64,000 nt of DNA. It comes from Vicinamibacterales bacterium. GTDB taxonomy: Bacteria; Acidobacteriota; Vicinamibacteria; Vicinamibacterales; UBA8438. A program made the position numbers and the translations under genes. The notes under the pieces were generated by a model, which worked only from the letters and a program-made list of their open reading frames with translations, was not told the origin of the DNA and searched no databases. This document shows positions 43,832-55,419 of this stretch, one piece after another. Where the stretch lies: contig CBDCVL010000004.1 of assembly GCA_965223015.1 (NCBI GenBank), positions 448,767-512,766 on the forward strand. The letters are read 5' to 3'. Position 1 is the first letter of the stretch. The number at the start of each line of letters is the position of its first letter.

Positions 43832-44460
43832 CCGGTGACGGGCGCACACCAGGGCAGGGTCGCGGCGGGCAGGGGGGCCACGAACCTCGTGCGCGGATTC
43901 AGGCTCGCGAGCTCCGGGTGCTGGAGCGCTCGATTCAGGGTCACAGCCAGCGGGAGATCGCGGCGGAGGAGGGCCTGACCCAGGGCGCCGTCTCGAAGAT
44001 CCTGAGTCGGCTTGAACAGCGGGCCTTGGAAGAGCTCGTCGACCGCGTGGAGCGGCAGAAGGCACGCCAGACGTTGCGCCTCGACTACCTGTACCGGGAG
44101 AGTCTCCGAGCCTGGGAGGCGAGTAAGAGCGATTTGACGCGCCGGGTGCAGCGGAAGACCGACCGTGGTCCGGGGACACCCGGCGCAACGGTGGCCCAGT
44201 TGGTTGTCGAAACGCAACACGGGGATTCCCGTTATCTCGAGCTGGCTCGCAAGGCTTTGGCTGACCAGCGGACGCTGTGGGGGTTGGATGCCCCGCAGAA
44301 GCTCGACGTCCGTGCCAGTCAAGGGCCGTTCGACATCCTCAGCGACGAGGCCTTGGCGGCGGAGCTGACCCGTCAACAGGAGCTCCTCGCGGCGCGTGAC
44401 GACGCGGCGCCGACGCCAGCTGCCCCGAACGCGGAGGAGGGCCCCGATGACGACCGGTGA
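43828..44460 (+). CDS. HTH protein, putative terminase small subunit
   Basis: SQREIAAEEGLTQGAVSK HTH and GLDAP; overlaps both neighbours. Confidence 0.65.
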   Translation: MTGDGRTPGQGRGGQGGHEPRARIQARELRVLERSIQGHSQREIAAEEGLTQGAVSKILSRLEQRALEELVDRVERQKARQTLRLDYLYRESLRAWEASKSDLTRRVQRKTDRGPGTPGATVAQLVVETQHGDSRYLELARKALADQRTLWGLDAPQKLDVRASQGPFDILSDEALAAELTRQQELLAARDDAAPTPAAPNAEEGPDDDR

Positions 44461-45952
44461 TCGACGGTACGTGGCGGCGCTCCAAGCGGAACAGCTGAAA
44501 CGCTGGGCCCGGCGGTCGCTCCGTGCCTTCGTGGAGCAAGCGTGGCCCATGTTGGAGCCGACGACGCCGTTTCTCCCGAATTGGCACATTGATCTGATCT
44601 GCGAGTACCTCGAAGCGGTGACCGCCGGAGACGTCAAGCAGCTCGTCATCAACATCCCGCCGCGGTACATGAAATCGCTGCTCGTCTCGGTGATGTGGCC
44701 GGTGTGGGAGTGGCTGCAGTCGCCTGAAAGCCGCTGGGTGTTCGTCAGTCACAGTGAGCGGTTGGCGGTCCAGTTCTCCCTTGATCGACGGGAACTGCTT
44801 CTGGCGCCGTGGTACCGCAGTCTGTGTGGGGATCGGGTGCGTCTCATGCACGACCAGAATGAGAAGACGGAGTATCGCAATACCCACCGTGGGCGCATGG
44901 TGGCGACCTCCATCGGGGGTACCGTCACCGGGAAAGGCGGCAACCGCATTGTCGTCGATGACCCGCACACGCCCCTCGCCGTCGAGAGCGACGCGGTACG
45001 AGCGCGCGTGATCGAGTATTTTCTCCGAACGCTGTCGACGAGGCTTGATGACAAGCAGCGCGGGGCCACAGTGCTGGTGATGCAGCGACTCCACGCCCAA
45101 GATCTGACGGCCGTATGTCTCGATCTCGGGTACACGCATCTCTGCTTACCTGCTGAGGCGGAACGCCGCACCATCATCGATTTCCCCCGGTCCGAGCGGA
45201 TCGTCACCCGCGAGATGGGCGACCTCCTGTGGCCGGCGCGCGAGGGCCCGGGGGAAATCGCGCAACGACGAATCGAGCTCGGCGCCTATGCGTTCAGTGG
45301 CCAATATCAGCAGACGCCGAGCCCGCGGACCGGCGGGATGTTCAAACGGAACTGGTGGCGCTTCTACGATGAGCTTCCGGGTGATCTTGAGGAGATCGGC
45401 CAATCGTGGGACCTCGCCATGAAAGGCGGCGCGGACCACGACTTCGTGGTGGGGCTCGTCGCCGGTCGTCGTGGCGCAAACATCTACGTGGTCGATCGGC
45501 ACAAGGCCCAGGAGCACGTGTCCGAGACCTTGCGTTCGATTCGACGGGTCTATCGGCAGTATCCGAAGACGCGCACGATTCTGGTGGAGGACTCCGCCAA
45601 CGGACCCGCCGTGGTCGATCTCTTGCGCGATGAGATCCGCGGGATCATCCCGGTGAAGCCGCAGGGCGGTAAAATTGAGCGGGCGGCGGCGTGTGCCCCA
45701 ACGGTGGAAGCCGGCAACGTCTACCTGCCGCGCGCCACGGCGCAGAACGGACGGCGGATCCCAGGACGGGTGTGGGTGGACGATTTCATCGAGCAGCTAG
45801 CGGCGTTTCCGATGGGGGCGCATGATGACGATGTCGACGCGTTCACCCAGCTCCTGCTCCGATGGCGTCGTCGTCCGGGCGTGTCATCTGGAGAGATCAT
45901 TCGGCGGATGCTCGTGCATGGGGGCGGTGAACCCTTCCGCCGACCACGATGA
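44447..45952 (+). CDS. Phage terminase large subunit
   Basis: INIPPRYMKS (Walker A), IVVDDPH (Walker B), QYQQ.P, SWD, VED.ANG and HDDDVDA nuclease motifs. Confidence 0.92.
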   Translation: MTTGDRRYVAALQAEQLKRWARRSLRAFVEQAWPMLEPTTPFLPNWHIDLICEYLEAVTAGDVKQLVINIPPRYMKSLLVSVMWPVWEWLQSPESRWVFVSHSERLAVQFSLDRRELLLAPWYRSLCGDRVRLMHDQNEKTEYRNTHRGRMVATSIGGTVTGKGGNRIVVDDPHTPLAVESDAVRARVIEYFLRTLSTRLDDKQRGATVLVMQRLHAQDLTAVCLDLGYTHLCLPAEAERRTIIDFPRSERIVTREMGDLLWPAREGPGEIAQRRIELGAYAFSGQYQQTPSPRTGGMFKRNWWRFYDELPGDLEEIGQSWDLAMKGGADHDFVVGLVAGRRGANIYVVDRHKAQEHVSETLRSIRRVYRQYPKTRTILVEDSANGPAVVDLLRDEIRGIIPVKPQGGKIERAAACAPTVEAGNVYLPRATAQNGRRIPGRVWVDDFIEQLAAFPMGAHDDDVDAFTQLLLRWRRRPGVSSGEIIRRMLVHGGGEPFRRPR

Positions 45953-45995
45953 TTCCGCTGGGCGCTGTCAAGCGAGGATCGCGGCCCTGGCGGAA

Positions 45996-46098
45996 GTGGG
46001 GCTCCACTCGCTTGCGCAGCACGTAGCGATGGAACTCGCGGGGAATGGGATTCGTGTGAACGGAGTTTCGCCCGCAGTGGTGCTGACCCCGTATGGTG
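45996..46098 (+). pseudogene. SDR oxidoreductase fragment
   Basis: GLHSLAQHVAMELAGNGIRVNGVSPAVVLTP. Confidence 0.65.
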
Positions 46099-46164
46099 CG
46101 AAAAAGCGGCCGAGGCCGTAATGTCGCAACGAATTTTCGGGGAGATTTGTAATTCGCCACCCAC

Positions 46165-46249
46165 AGGTCTCCAGCGAAACGCCGAGTAGCGTCGCGTACT
46201 CCTGCTGCGACAATCCGATGCACCGACGCAGCTCACGCATCTCGCCCAT
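46165..46249 (-). pseudogene. XRE-type HTH fragment
   Basis: MRELRRCIGLSQQEYATLLGVSLET. Confidence 0.55.
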
Positions 46250-46461
46250 GTGGTCGCAGGGCACTGTCAGGTTAACGAGTCCAGGCCATGCGAGGGGCAC
46301 CGTTCGAAACCCGACGTGATCTGTTGATAGCCATCTGGGAGTCGCTCTTGAGGCATGTCCAGTGTGGCTGATAATCTGTGGGAGATTGGAGACAGTGCCT
46401 CCTCGGAAGCTGATAGCCGCGGAACCGTTGAAGGTGAGACACTCGTAATCTGGAGAATACG

Positions 46462-48372
46462 GTGCTTATTCCGGACCATGAGACCGCAGTCGATTTCCTC
46501 AACTATGAGGCCATCTCTGCGACCGTCGTGGAGTTGCTTAAGGAGAACCGTCAGCGCGCGCTGACGGTTGGCATCCATGGTGACTGGGGAGCGGGGAAGT
46601 CTAGCGTCCTCAAGATGGTCGAATCAGCCGTCGCGCAGGATCAGACTATCGCATGTCTCTGGTTCAACGGATGGGTGTTCCAGGGCTTTGATGACGCCAA
46701 GACTGTACTGATCGAAGCAACGATCTCGGAACTGTGTCGCCAGCGCTCGGCCACCGGCAAGGTCAAAGAGATCGGTGCGCGCCTGATCAAACGCATCGAC
46801 TGGCTCAAGCTTGCCCGCCGCGGTGGTGGACTAGCTTTCACGATTGCGACGGGCGTGCCCTCGCCCGACCTGATCGCCGATGCTCTCGGCAGTCTTCAGC
46901 AACTCACCGGCAACGTTGCCTCCATGTCTGCCGCTGACATCGAAGCCAGGCTGAGCGAGACGGCCTCCTACCTGAAGCCTGGTGAGGAACGCAGTGGTCC
47001 TGAAGAGATACATCAGTTCCGAGAAGAGTTTGCCCAGCTCCTCGACGAGGCCAAGATCGACCAGTTAGTCGTGCTGATTGACGACCTCGATCGCTGCTTA
47101 CCAGCGACCGCGATCGACACGTTGGAAGCCATTCGACTATTTCTCTTCGTTCCCAAGACCGCCTTCGTCATAGGGGCTGACGAGGCGATGATCGAGTACG
47201 CGGTCCGCCAGCACTTCCCGAACCTACCCCTTGTCACGGGTCCGATTCCGTATGCGCGCAACTATCTGGAGAAGTTGATTCAGGTGCCGTTCCGCATCCC
47301 GGCGCTCGGTATACAGGAAGCACGCACCTATGTGACGCTCCTCCTGGTGGAAGCACTCGTCGGGGAAGGCCACGAGGGCTTCGGCGCATTGCTTAGGAAG
47401 GCGCGGGAGAGTCTCAACAAGCCCTGGCTCGGTGCTGGCATCACCCAGGCAGACGTACACGCAGTCGATGCTACGCGGCAGGAGCAGCTGGATTCAGGCT
47501 TTCTACTTGCGCAGCAAATCGGACCGATTCTTGCCGAGGGTACGAAGGGGAACCCGCGCCAGATCAAGCGGTTCCTCAACTCGATGTTCGTCAGGCTCAC
47601 GATCGCCGGAGCCCGAGGCTTCGGCGATAGCGTCAACGAGACCGTGCTTGCCAAGCTGATGCTGGCGGAGCGTTTTCAACCAGACCTCTATGAACACCTG
47701 GCCACCCTCACGATGCGTTCCGACGACGGTAGGGTGGCGGAGCTGCGTGATTTGGAGACCACTGCGCAGCGAGGTGAAGGAGCGCATGAGACAAAGGGGC
47801 CGACAGTCCCGACGGATGATGCTGCCGAGAAGTGGCTCGAACGCGAGTGGGTGCGCCGTTGGCTCACCCTTGCGCCACCCCTCGGCGCAGTCGACCTACG
47901 GCCCTACGTCTTCGTCGCACGCGACAAGCGCATCCTCGCTGCCGCCGGAGAGGTGAGCGACCTCGACGGCCTGATCGAGACCTTGAGCGGTCCCGAGATG
48001 GCCGCTCGGAGCGCCGAGCCGCAGGTCAGAGCCCTCACACCCGCGGAAGCTGAACGCGCGTTCAGTGCTCTGAGAGAACGCGCGGTGCGGCAGGGTAGCT
48101 TTTCCACGCAGCCGCCTGGCTTTGATGGACTGATGATCGTCGCCAAGCATCATCCGCGGCATCAGACAGAGCTCCTCGAACTTCTCAGCAGCATCGATCC
48201 TAGGGCTCTGGGATTCTGGATCGTCAAGGGCTGGAACGAAATCCTCACGGAGACCGCTGCCAGGGAGCAGTATGAAGCTCTTCTGGCCCGGTGGGCATCA
48301 CAGGACGAGAACGAAACGCTCAAGAGGGCAGCGCAAAGCGCCATCTCGATTACCCAAAGGGCGGCGCACTGA
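46462..48372 (+). CDS. qatA: KAP-family P-loop NTPase, Qat anti-phage ATPase
   Basis: DHET.VDFLNY, GDWGAGKSS, IDDLDRCLP, YLEKLIQVPF and GNPRQIKRFLN; coupled by TGATG to a QatB-like gene. Confidence 0.85.
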   Translation: MLIPDHETAVDFLNYEAISATVVELLKENRQRALTVGIHGDWGAGKSSVLKMVESAVAQDQTIACLWFNGWVFQGFDDAKTVLIEATISELCRQRSATGKVKEIGARLIKRIDWLKLARRGGGLAFTIATGVPSPDLIADALGSLQQLTGNVASMSAADIEARLSETASYLKPGEERSGPEEIHQFREEFAQLLDEAKIDQLVVLIDDLDRCLPATAIDTLEAIRLFLFVPKTAFVIGADEAMIEYAVRQHFPNLPLVTGPIPYARNYLEKLIQVPFRIPALGIQEARTYVTLLLVEALVGEGHEGFGALLRKARESLNKPWLGAGITQADVHAVDATRQEQLDSGFLLAQQIGPILAEGTKGNPRQIKRFLNSMFVRLTIAGARGFGDSVNETVLAKLMLAERFQPDLYEHLATLTMRSDDGRVAELRDLETTAQRGEGAHETKGPTVPTDDAAEKWLEREWVRRWLTLAPPLGAVDLRPYVFVARDKRILAAAGEVSDLDGLIETLSGPEMAARSAEPQVRALTPAEAERAFSALRERAVRQGSFSTQPPGFDGLMIVAKHHPRHQTELLELLSSIDPRALGFWIVKGWNEILTETAAREQYEALLARWASQDENETLKRAAQSAISITQRAAH

Positions 48373-48901
48373 TGGGGACGTCCGGCTCGTCAGGCGGACC
48401 CGGCGGCGGAACACCCCTTGTTCCGTCCTGGCTGGACGACGGCCCTGGGGGGCCATTGCCGGGTGGCGACGGCAATGCTCCTCCCGCCGAGGATGCGGGG
48501 ACGGCGCCGGCCGACGAGGCGGCTGGCGGAGATGCACAAGGTGCCCCGGCGACGCTGCCACCGATTCCGCCGGTACCTCCTCCGGCACGTTTTCAGAGTG
48601 CCCGTCGGAACTTTTCCGCGTTTGCTGGTTCCGGTGGCGGCAACGGGCGTGCTCTGCGGCGGGCTGCACGGGACTATGTGCGCTCCGGCGCTGGCAGCAG
48701 CCGCAACGCTACGCGGCGGATGGGGGCTTCGCGTGTCGCAGCCGGCGGAGCACTCGGCATCTTTCGCGGATTCCAGCGCGATGGCACAGACGCCACCCTG
48801 CGTCGTCTCAACCTCGGCAATCTGATAGGCCTCCCACCAGTAGACGTCTTCCTCGGTCTCACCGAAGTCGTTTGCCCGGACGGTGGTTCCATAGATGAAG
48901 G
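48372..48901 (+). pseudogene. qatB: QatB-like protein truncated by IS6
   Basis: MGTSGSSGGPGGGTPLVPSWL...RFQSARRNFS...YVR...CPDGGSIDEG, then the IS6 IR. Confidence 0.78.
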
Positions 48902-49738
48902 GGTTCTGTTGCAACTTCGGGCCGGCGACTTCAGGATGGACGGTCTTTGACAACGACTGGACCGGATCCCCATCATGCCCAGCGATAATCCGTTCAAATG
49001 GCGTCAGTTCGAACCAGGACTCATCCTCCTGTGTGTTCGGTGGTACTTGCGGTATGCCGTGAGTTACCGCGACCTCGAGGAAATGATGCGCGAGCGGGGC
49101 CTGTGTGTCGACCATACGACGATCTATCGATGGGTGCAGCGCTATGCGCCGGAGATCGACAAGCGGTGCCGGCCATTTCTGAGACGCACCACGGATTCGT
49201 ATCGAATCGACGAGACGTACGTGCGTGTCGGCGGGGCCTGGCACTATCTTTACCGGGGCGTTGATTCCAACGGTGACACGCTGGATTTCTTGCTCCGGGC
49301 CACGCGCGACAGGAATGCGGCCATCGCGTTCTTCCGCAAGACGGTCGGTGCGTCTCATACGACGTCCCCTCGCGTCGTGAACGTGGACAAGAACCCCGCT
49401 TACCCGATCGCGTTCGAGGCCATCAAACACGAGGGATTTTTCCGACCACGTTCGTCTCTCCGCCAATGCAAGTATCTGAACAACGTCATCGAGCAGGACC
49501 ATCGATTCATCAAACGCCGTACCCGGCCGATGCTGGGGTTCAAGCGGTTCACCACGGCGTGGCGGACCGTCCGCGGTATCGAGATAATGCATGCGCTCCG
49601 CAAGGGGCAGGCGCGGTGGATGGCGAAGGGCGACGTGGTCGGTCAGACGCGGCTGATCCACAAGGTGTTCGGATTGGCCGTGTAGCGAGGTCCACCCAAC
49701 GGACTCTCGCGCGTGATCCCAAACGTTGCAACAGAACC
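48902..49738 (+). mobile_element. IS6-family element, transposase 48975-49685
   Basis: 14-bp perfect IRs GGTTCTGTTGCAAC; VRWYLRY, DETY and NNVIEQDHR motifs; no TSD. Confidence 0.95.
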
Positions 49739-49747
49739 CTCCAACCC

Positions 49748-50769
49748 TCAATTGACCACTCGATTCGCTTTCTGACTATCTCGAGCGGCAGCATCTGCTG
49801 GCCCGGGGCGCCAATGATCGGCACGGTCGAGCACCGCGACCGCATCGTGCTTCGCTTGAGCTCCGATGTGTCCGTATCGCTTGGCCATGAGCACCATTGT
49901 TGAGCCGGACCACCCGAGAATTGAACCGACCACCGTCAGAGAAACGCCGGCTTCGAGCATCCGTGTGCAGGCGGTATGTCGTAGGTCGTGAAGTCGGCAC
50001 TGAATGCCGCACCGCCTCTTGGCGCGCTGCCACGCCTCTTGAACACTGGTCGTTGGCCTCGTCGGCTCGCTGGAGTAGACCCACGCTGTCCGCTCGTTTG
50101 TGGGAAAGCCGTACCGCTCTGAAGGAAACACGTAGTGGTCGGGCTGACGGTCAGGGAACGACTGGGCCCACGTGACCATTGCTTTGAACGCGCGTTCGTT
50201 GAGGGGCACCTTGCGCCCGGTTCCCGCTTCGGTCTTGCTGTCACCAACTGTGATCATTCGTCCGACCAGGTCGATTTGGAGCCACTGCAACAGACGCAGC
50301 TCCGAGTAACGCATTCCGGTGTTCAGCGCCAGCACGACGAACGGATATACCAATCGGCTTCGGCTTTTGGCACAGGCCTCGAGCAGCGTATATTCTTCTT
50401 TGCTGGTGAGCGCTCGACCCTTGTCGTTGCGCACCGGGAGCATCCGGACATCGTCGGCGATCGTCGCCCAGAGCTTGTTGCGACGTAGGACCGCCCGAAT
50501 TGTGGCGACCTCAAGATTAATTGTCTTGGGGCTTGCCCCCTCCTCAAGGCGGGATTTCTGGTATCCGCTGACGTCTTCTGCGCTGATGTCTGTAATCAAC
50601 AGCCCTCCCATTGGCCCATTGATGTGTGACAGGTTTATCTCGTGCATCTTGACCGTCCGTGGCGATAGGGCGGGCGTCTTCCAGAGAAGCCAGTTCCTTG
50701 CCGCAACACGGAACAGCACTGGAGTCGGCCGCTTTCTGAGGCCGTGTAGGCCCTCCTCCAGCTCCCGCC
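49748..50769 (-). pseudogene. Tyrosine integrase 2, N-terminus removed at the IS3 end
   Basis: TGMRYSE, SKT, HDLRHT, LGW and RY motifs; the N-terminal part is not found beyond the IS. Confidence 0.88.
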
Positions 50770-52028
50770 TGGACTTGCCCCGGTTTCGTGGACGGGTGGA
50801 CTTGGGTTTCAAGCACTCTGCGGCAGCTGTCTCCTCTCGTAGTTGATGGGTGAACGATAGCCGAGGGCCGAGTGGCGACGGTGCGGATTGTACCAGCCCT
50901 CCAGCCACTGGAAGATCGCCATCCGCGCTTCGGCCTGGCTGCGGAACCGTCGCCGGTTGAGCACTTCGCGCTCGAGCGTGGCGAAAAAGCTCTCGGCCAT
51001 GGCATTGTCATACGCATCGCCGATGGAGCCCATGGAGGGCATCACGCCGGCGTCGCGGCATCGTTTGCCGAAGGCGTAGCTGGTGTACTGGCACCCGCGA
51101 TCCGAGTGATGCACGACCGCCTCGGGCCGGCGTTGCGTCAACGCCATGTCGAGTGCGGCGAGCACGAGTTCAGTCCGGAGATGCGTCTCCATGGCCCAGC
51201 CAACGATGCGTCGCGACCAGACGTCGAGCACGATGGCGAGATAGAGGAAGCCGGCCCACGTCGGGACGTACGTGATGTCGGCCACCCAGAGACGATCCGG
51301 GCCCGCTGCAGTGAACTCCCGATCCACTTGATCCAGCGCCCGGTCAGCGGTGGGATCGCCGATCGTCGTGGTCACGAAGCGCCGCGGCCGCAGGCCCTGC
51401 AGGCGCGCTGCGCGCATCAGGCGGGCCACACGTTTCTTCCCGACCCGACGGTGGTGATCGTCGGCCAGCTCCGCGTGGATACTCGGCGCCCCGTACGCGC
51501 CGTCCGACCGCCGGTGGATCGCATGGATCAGGGCCGTGAGCCCGATGTCCTCCACGGCCCGTGCCGACGGCGGCCGCCCAGCCCACGCGTAGAAGCCGCT
51601 GGCGGAGACGCCCAGCAGCCGGCCCATGACCCGGACCGGATAGGTGGCCTGATTCGCTTTCATGAACCCGAAGATCGCTTCGTGTTCGGCGCGGTCTCCT
51701 GTGCGAACCAGGCCGCGGCTTTTGACAAGATCTCTCGCTCGAGCTTCAGCTGGCGATTCTCGCGGCGGAGCTGCGTCAGCTCGGCACGCTCGGTCGTCGT
51801 GAGGCCGTCGGTCCGCCGACCGGTATCGCGATCGGCTTGAGCCACCCAGTTGCTGATCGACTGGGCGGTCGGTTCAAACTCGTGAGCGAGATCTTCGGGA
51901 GTACGCCCGGCCCGGACCAACGCGACCATCTGTTCGCGAAACTCCGGCGGGTAGGGTTTCCTGGTGTTCGGCATCGTGGACTCCTTCTACCACAAGGGTT
52001 AGGTGTCCACGGAAGCGGGTCAGGCCCA
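50770..52028 (-). mobile_element. IS3-family element (a), copy 2
   Basis: Proteins identical to those of 16312-17572; 2 bp shorter near one end; no TSD. Confidence 0.95.
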
Positions 52029-52540
52029 CAACCTCGCTTCTGGGGCAACCCGACGGACGTACGCGTCAGGTGTAAGGAAGCGCGGGTTAACCCACGCTGG
52101 TAATCGGCCCATCAGCCGAGGGTCTTGACCACCCAGTGGCTCGGGGGTGAAATCGAAGCCGTGCAGGCGCAGAGGCGTGAGGAGTAGGTATTATCGAGCG
52201 GCGGGCTCGGTAACGGCCCCACGCCGCCAGGGGGAGGCGGACATGAGCAGCGAACGATTCGTGTCTGTGGGACTCGTCGCGGTTGGAGCACTGGTCATGT
52301 CGGGCTGCCAAACAGAAGACCCCGGAGCCGCGATGCGCCGTAACATCGGAATGGCAGCGTGAAATGCCACAAATGGCGCCTACCGTGTCAGATCGTTGGC
52401 GTGATGCTCTACCAGGCGGCGGGGCAAGCGGCCACGTGGGTCTATGAAGTCGAGCGGGAAGGGCGACGCTCCAACGCGCCCCCTGAGAACACAACGGCTG
52501 CGGAGCAGTGCGATGACGGTCAGCCCTGATGTCTGTGTTG

Positions 52541-52747
52541 CTATTGGGCAGATATGCACTCCCGATAGTCGCCGCAACGAGAGCAACTGATTTGGCCAGC
52601 TCGGTGCTGTGTCGTGCTTCTGAGGGATCGGGTGACCAGGGTCGCCGAGGACGTGGCAATGAAGATCTCTTCACTGAGGCGGCGATTGCAATAGAAGCGT
52701 CCTTTGTGGTCGGCAAGAAATGCTTTGACTCGATCGGCGTGATTCAC
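52541..52747 (-). CDS. Small Cys-motif protein, paralog of 55744-55965
   Basis: FLADHKGRFYCNRR...CSRCG...C; start uncertain. Confidence 0.6.
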   Translation of the reverse strand: MNHADRVKAFLADHKGRFYCNRRLSEEIFIATSSATLVTRSLRSTTQHRAGQISCSRCGDYRECISAQ

Positions 52748-52815
52748 CCGTGCAAGGCTAGGCGGCATGGGCCGGGTGGGTCAAAGACTGCAACGGGCGC
52801 CACGAGGGACCGTCA

Positions 52816-53202
52816 ATGACGCCTGACGAGCGGCACTGCGTAGAGCGCCTTCGATGGCACGAGGATCGGCTGTCCAAGCTGCTTCAGATTCTCGGTGGGG
52901 CCAAGTTTGTCGCGAGGCGGGATGATGACATGTTCCGGGGCTTCTACCGTGAGATCAAGCGCGATCTCAAGGACGAGTATGCGGCGGGTGCAGCCAAAGG
53001 CGTGGCCCAGTCGCAACCTGAGCGGGTCTGGCTGCAACCGCCGCTCTCTGAGGCGCACACGGCGCTCGTGGCGTCACCCAACGGTCGTCCGATCGGGCGC
53101 CAGCTGCTCGACGGCGTCCTCGAGGCGCATGGCAAGGTTCACGATGGGCTCGTGGAGTTGAAGCGGCGCTTGGACCATGCAGGGAACCAGGAAGATGTCT
53201 AG
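52816..53202 (+). CDS. Hypothetical protein
   Basis: 128-aa helical-looking ORF with a GAGGG RBS. Confidence 0.5.
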   Translation: MTPDERHCVERLRWHEDRLSKLLQILGGAKFVARRDDDMFRGFYREIKRDLKDEYAAGAAKGVAQSQPERVWLQPPLSEAHTALVASPNGRPIGRQLLDGVLEAHGKVHDGLVELKRRLDHAGNQEDV

Positions 53203-53467
53203 GGCTGCGACCTACGCCCATGTCAGCACGTTGGATCAAGAGCCCGAGAACCCGCTCGCCGAACTTCGGCGCTACGCAAGGGCTCGGAGCTGGACGGCTC
53301 ACGAGTACGTCGACCACGGTGTCTCCGGTGCGAAGGATCGCCGACCGGCACTGGATTCACGGATCCGTGACGCCAAGCTCCGCCGTTTCTCGGTGGTCGT
53401 GGTGTGGCGTCTCGATAGGCTCGGGCGGAACCTCCGACACCTTATGCGCCTCGTGCCCACCAACTGA
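53195..53467 (+). pseudogene. Serine recombinase (resolvase) N-terminal fragment
   Basis: YAHVST (canonical YARVS), D.GVSG, RPAL and WRLDRLGR; truncated. Confidence 0.85.
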
Positions 53468-53706
53468 CGTGTGAAGCCCGAAAGGCGGTATGGGGGAAGT
53501 GTATCGGGCCAGAGAGAGGAAGCTTGACCCAAGAAAGTTTCGTGGGCTCGGCGGGCTCTGGGGTGTATAAGGGTGCCATGCGGGGCAGGCAAGACGGGAA
53601 TGCCGGACATGAAACGGGCAGACTTCTCACGGCGCACGTCGAGCGTTTGGTCGGCGAGCAATGCGGTGTCGTGTGGAGCTCGGTGATGCCAATCAAGGAG
53701 GAAGTG

Positions 53707-54333
53707 ATGCGGAACGTACTGATCGCGGTGGCAGTGGCGGCGTTGGCGGTTCCACTCGTCGGACGAGCCCAGGAGGGAGGCAACGAGGCCGAGGGCTGGG
53801 AGACGAGGCTCGATAGCGGCACGGATCCGACCGGCGTGCTTCATTTCAGGACGATGGGGGACGGGGTCCACGCGTCGACGGCTGGTCGCGGTGGCGCCAT
53901 CTTTTGGCAGCCGAACAGCACGGCGACGGGGAACTTCACCATCAGCGCGTCCTTCACGCAGACCGAGCCCTCGGGTCACCCGAACGCCTACGGGCTGTTC
54001 TGGGGCGGCTCTGACCTGTCCGGTCCCAACCAGCAGTACTCGTACTTCGTCATCCGCCAGGGCGGCATGTGCCACATCAAGAGGCGGATGGGCAGCGAGA
54101 CGCCAACAGTGGTCGACTGGACCGCCGCCTCTGCGATCAACGACCTCGATGCGGACGGGCGGTCGACGAACACGCTGACGGTCGAGGTCGGGAGCTCGCA
54201 GGTGCGCTTCCTGGTGAATGACATGGAGGTGGCGACCCTGCCGCGGTCCGAGGTCGATACCGATGGGATCACCGGGCTGAGAGTCACCCACCTGCTGGAC
54301 GTGCACATCGGCGACCTCATGCTGGGGATGTAG
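53707..54333 (+). CDS. Secreted beta-sandwich protein (DUF1080-like)
   Basis: Signal peptide, HPNAYGLFWGG, VRFLVN; AAGGAGG RBS. Confidence 0.7.
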   Translation: MRNVLIAVAVAALAVPLVGRAQEGGNEAEGWETRLDSGTDPTGVLHFRTMGDGVHASTAGRGGAIFWQPNSTATGNFTISASFTQTEPSGHPNAYGLFWGGSDLSGPNQQYSYFVIRQGGMCHIKRRMGSETPTVVDWTAASAINDLDADGRSTNTLTVEVGSSQVRFLVNDMEVATLPRSEVDTDGITGLRVTHLLDVHIGDLMLGM

Positions 54334-54389
54334 CGTCGACGGCAGTCCGCTCTCGGAGGGAGAGCCCTTGTGCCCACCGACCCGTAGCC

Positions 54390-54725
54390 ATGCTGGATGA
54401 CACGACGTCAACGGCTATCCGAGACGCGCCATCGAGTGTCGTGCCCCAGCACCGCACGCTGGATGGCTTCGTCGAAGCCATGTCACAGGCGGACGGGATC
54501 GGGTTGACCGACGTGGATGCTTTCACGACGCTGATGGTGCGAACCGACAACTCGGTCTACCAGATCACGATCCTTCAACCGCATGCTCGGGAGGTGGTCG
54601 TCCAAGGTGGGGCATTCTTTCCAGAACGCACGCGTGCGTGCCTGAGCGGGTCCAGCTTCGGCGGCAGTTGTCTGAAGATGGGCTGGGTCGGTGTCGGCCT
54701 GCACCTGGAGGGTCGAGGTCACTGA
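54390..54725 (+). pseudogene. Conserved hypothetical protein, probably C-terminally truncated
   Basis: RT.NSVY...QGGAFFPE...GSSFGGS...GWVGVGLHLE, then an abrupt end. Confidence 0.5.
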
Positions 54726-55419
54726 CATCTACTGGGGGGAGGCTCCTCAACCGCTGGCCGATGCGACTACTGAGGCTGAGGCGGTCCCAGACCTACCAGG
54801 TGACCCACGGCTGATTCTGCGGCTTTCAGCGGAGTTCTTTCGGCTCAGTCCATCCGGCCAGATGGTGACACTCCTTCATGAAACGATCCGCATGAGCCTG
54901 GAGCTAAAGTGGAGACGCCTCCAACAGGCCGACGATTTATCAAAGGGGCATTTCCAAGGCAAGACGAGGTCGGAGCAGGCGTTTGAGACCCAACGCATCC
55001 ATTTGGCGCGAGGTTTGTATTTATTTCCCGACGAGGTCATGGCCGAGAAACGCTTGCAGCAAGACTACCCAGCATTCGCTGCTGACCGACTCGGTCATTA
55101 CAACGACGTCCAAGGACGGTGAGATCTTCGAGCTGCACAGCGTTATTCCCGAGGTCTCCCGGCCGGGCTTCTCCGCGGCCGCGTCGGCCACCGTGGCGGC
55201 CCTCTGCCGGCAGCACGGTGAAGATCTCGACCGGCTTGTGAAGAACCTGCCGGCGGCCACGGCCAACGCCTCCGCCCACTCGACGCGAGGGTCCCGGCCG
55301 TGACACCGCGCCAGAACGGCGAAAGGAGACGAGTACGATGCCACCGCGACGAGCCAGAGTCCTCCCCTTCCCACGACCCCGAGGATCAGCGACAACCCCC
55401 ACGCCGAAGCCCATCGGGG

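Noticed and set aside
16312-52028. Composite transposon bounded by the two direct IS3(a) copies
   Set aside because: Copy 1 has its own TSD (CTT) on both sides, and the outer flanks (CTT versus CAA) do not match.
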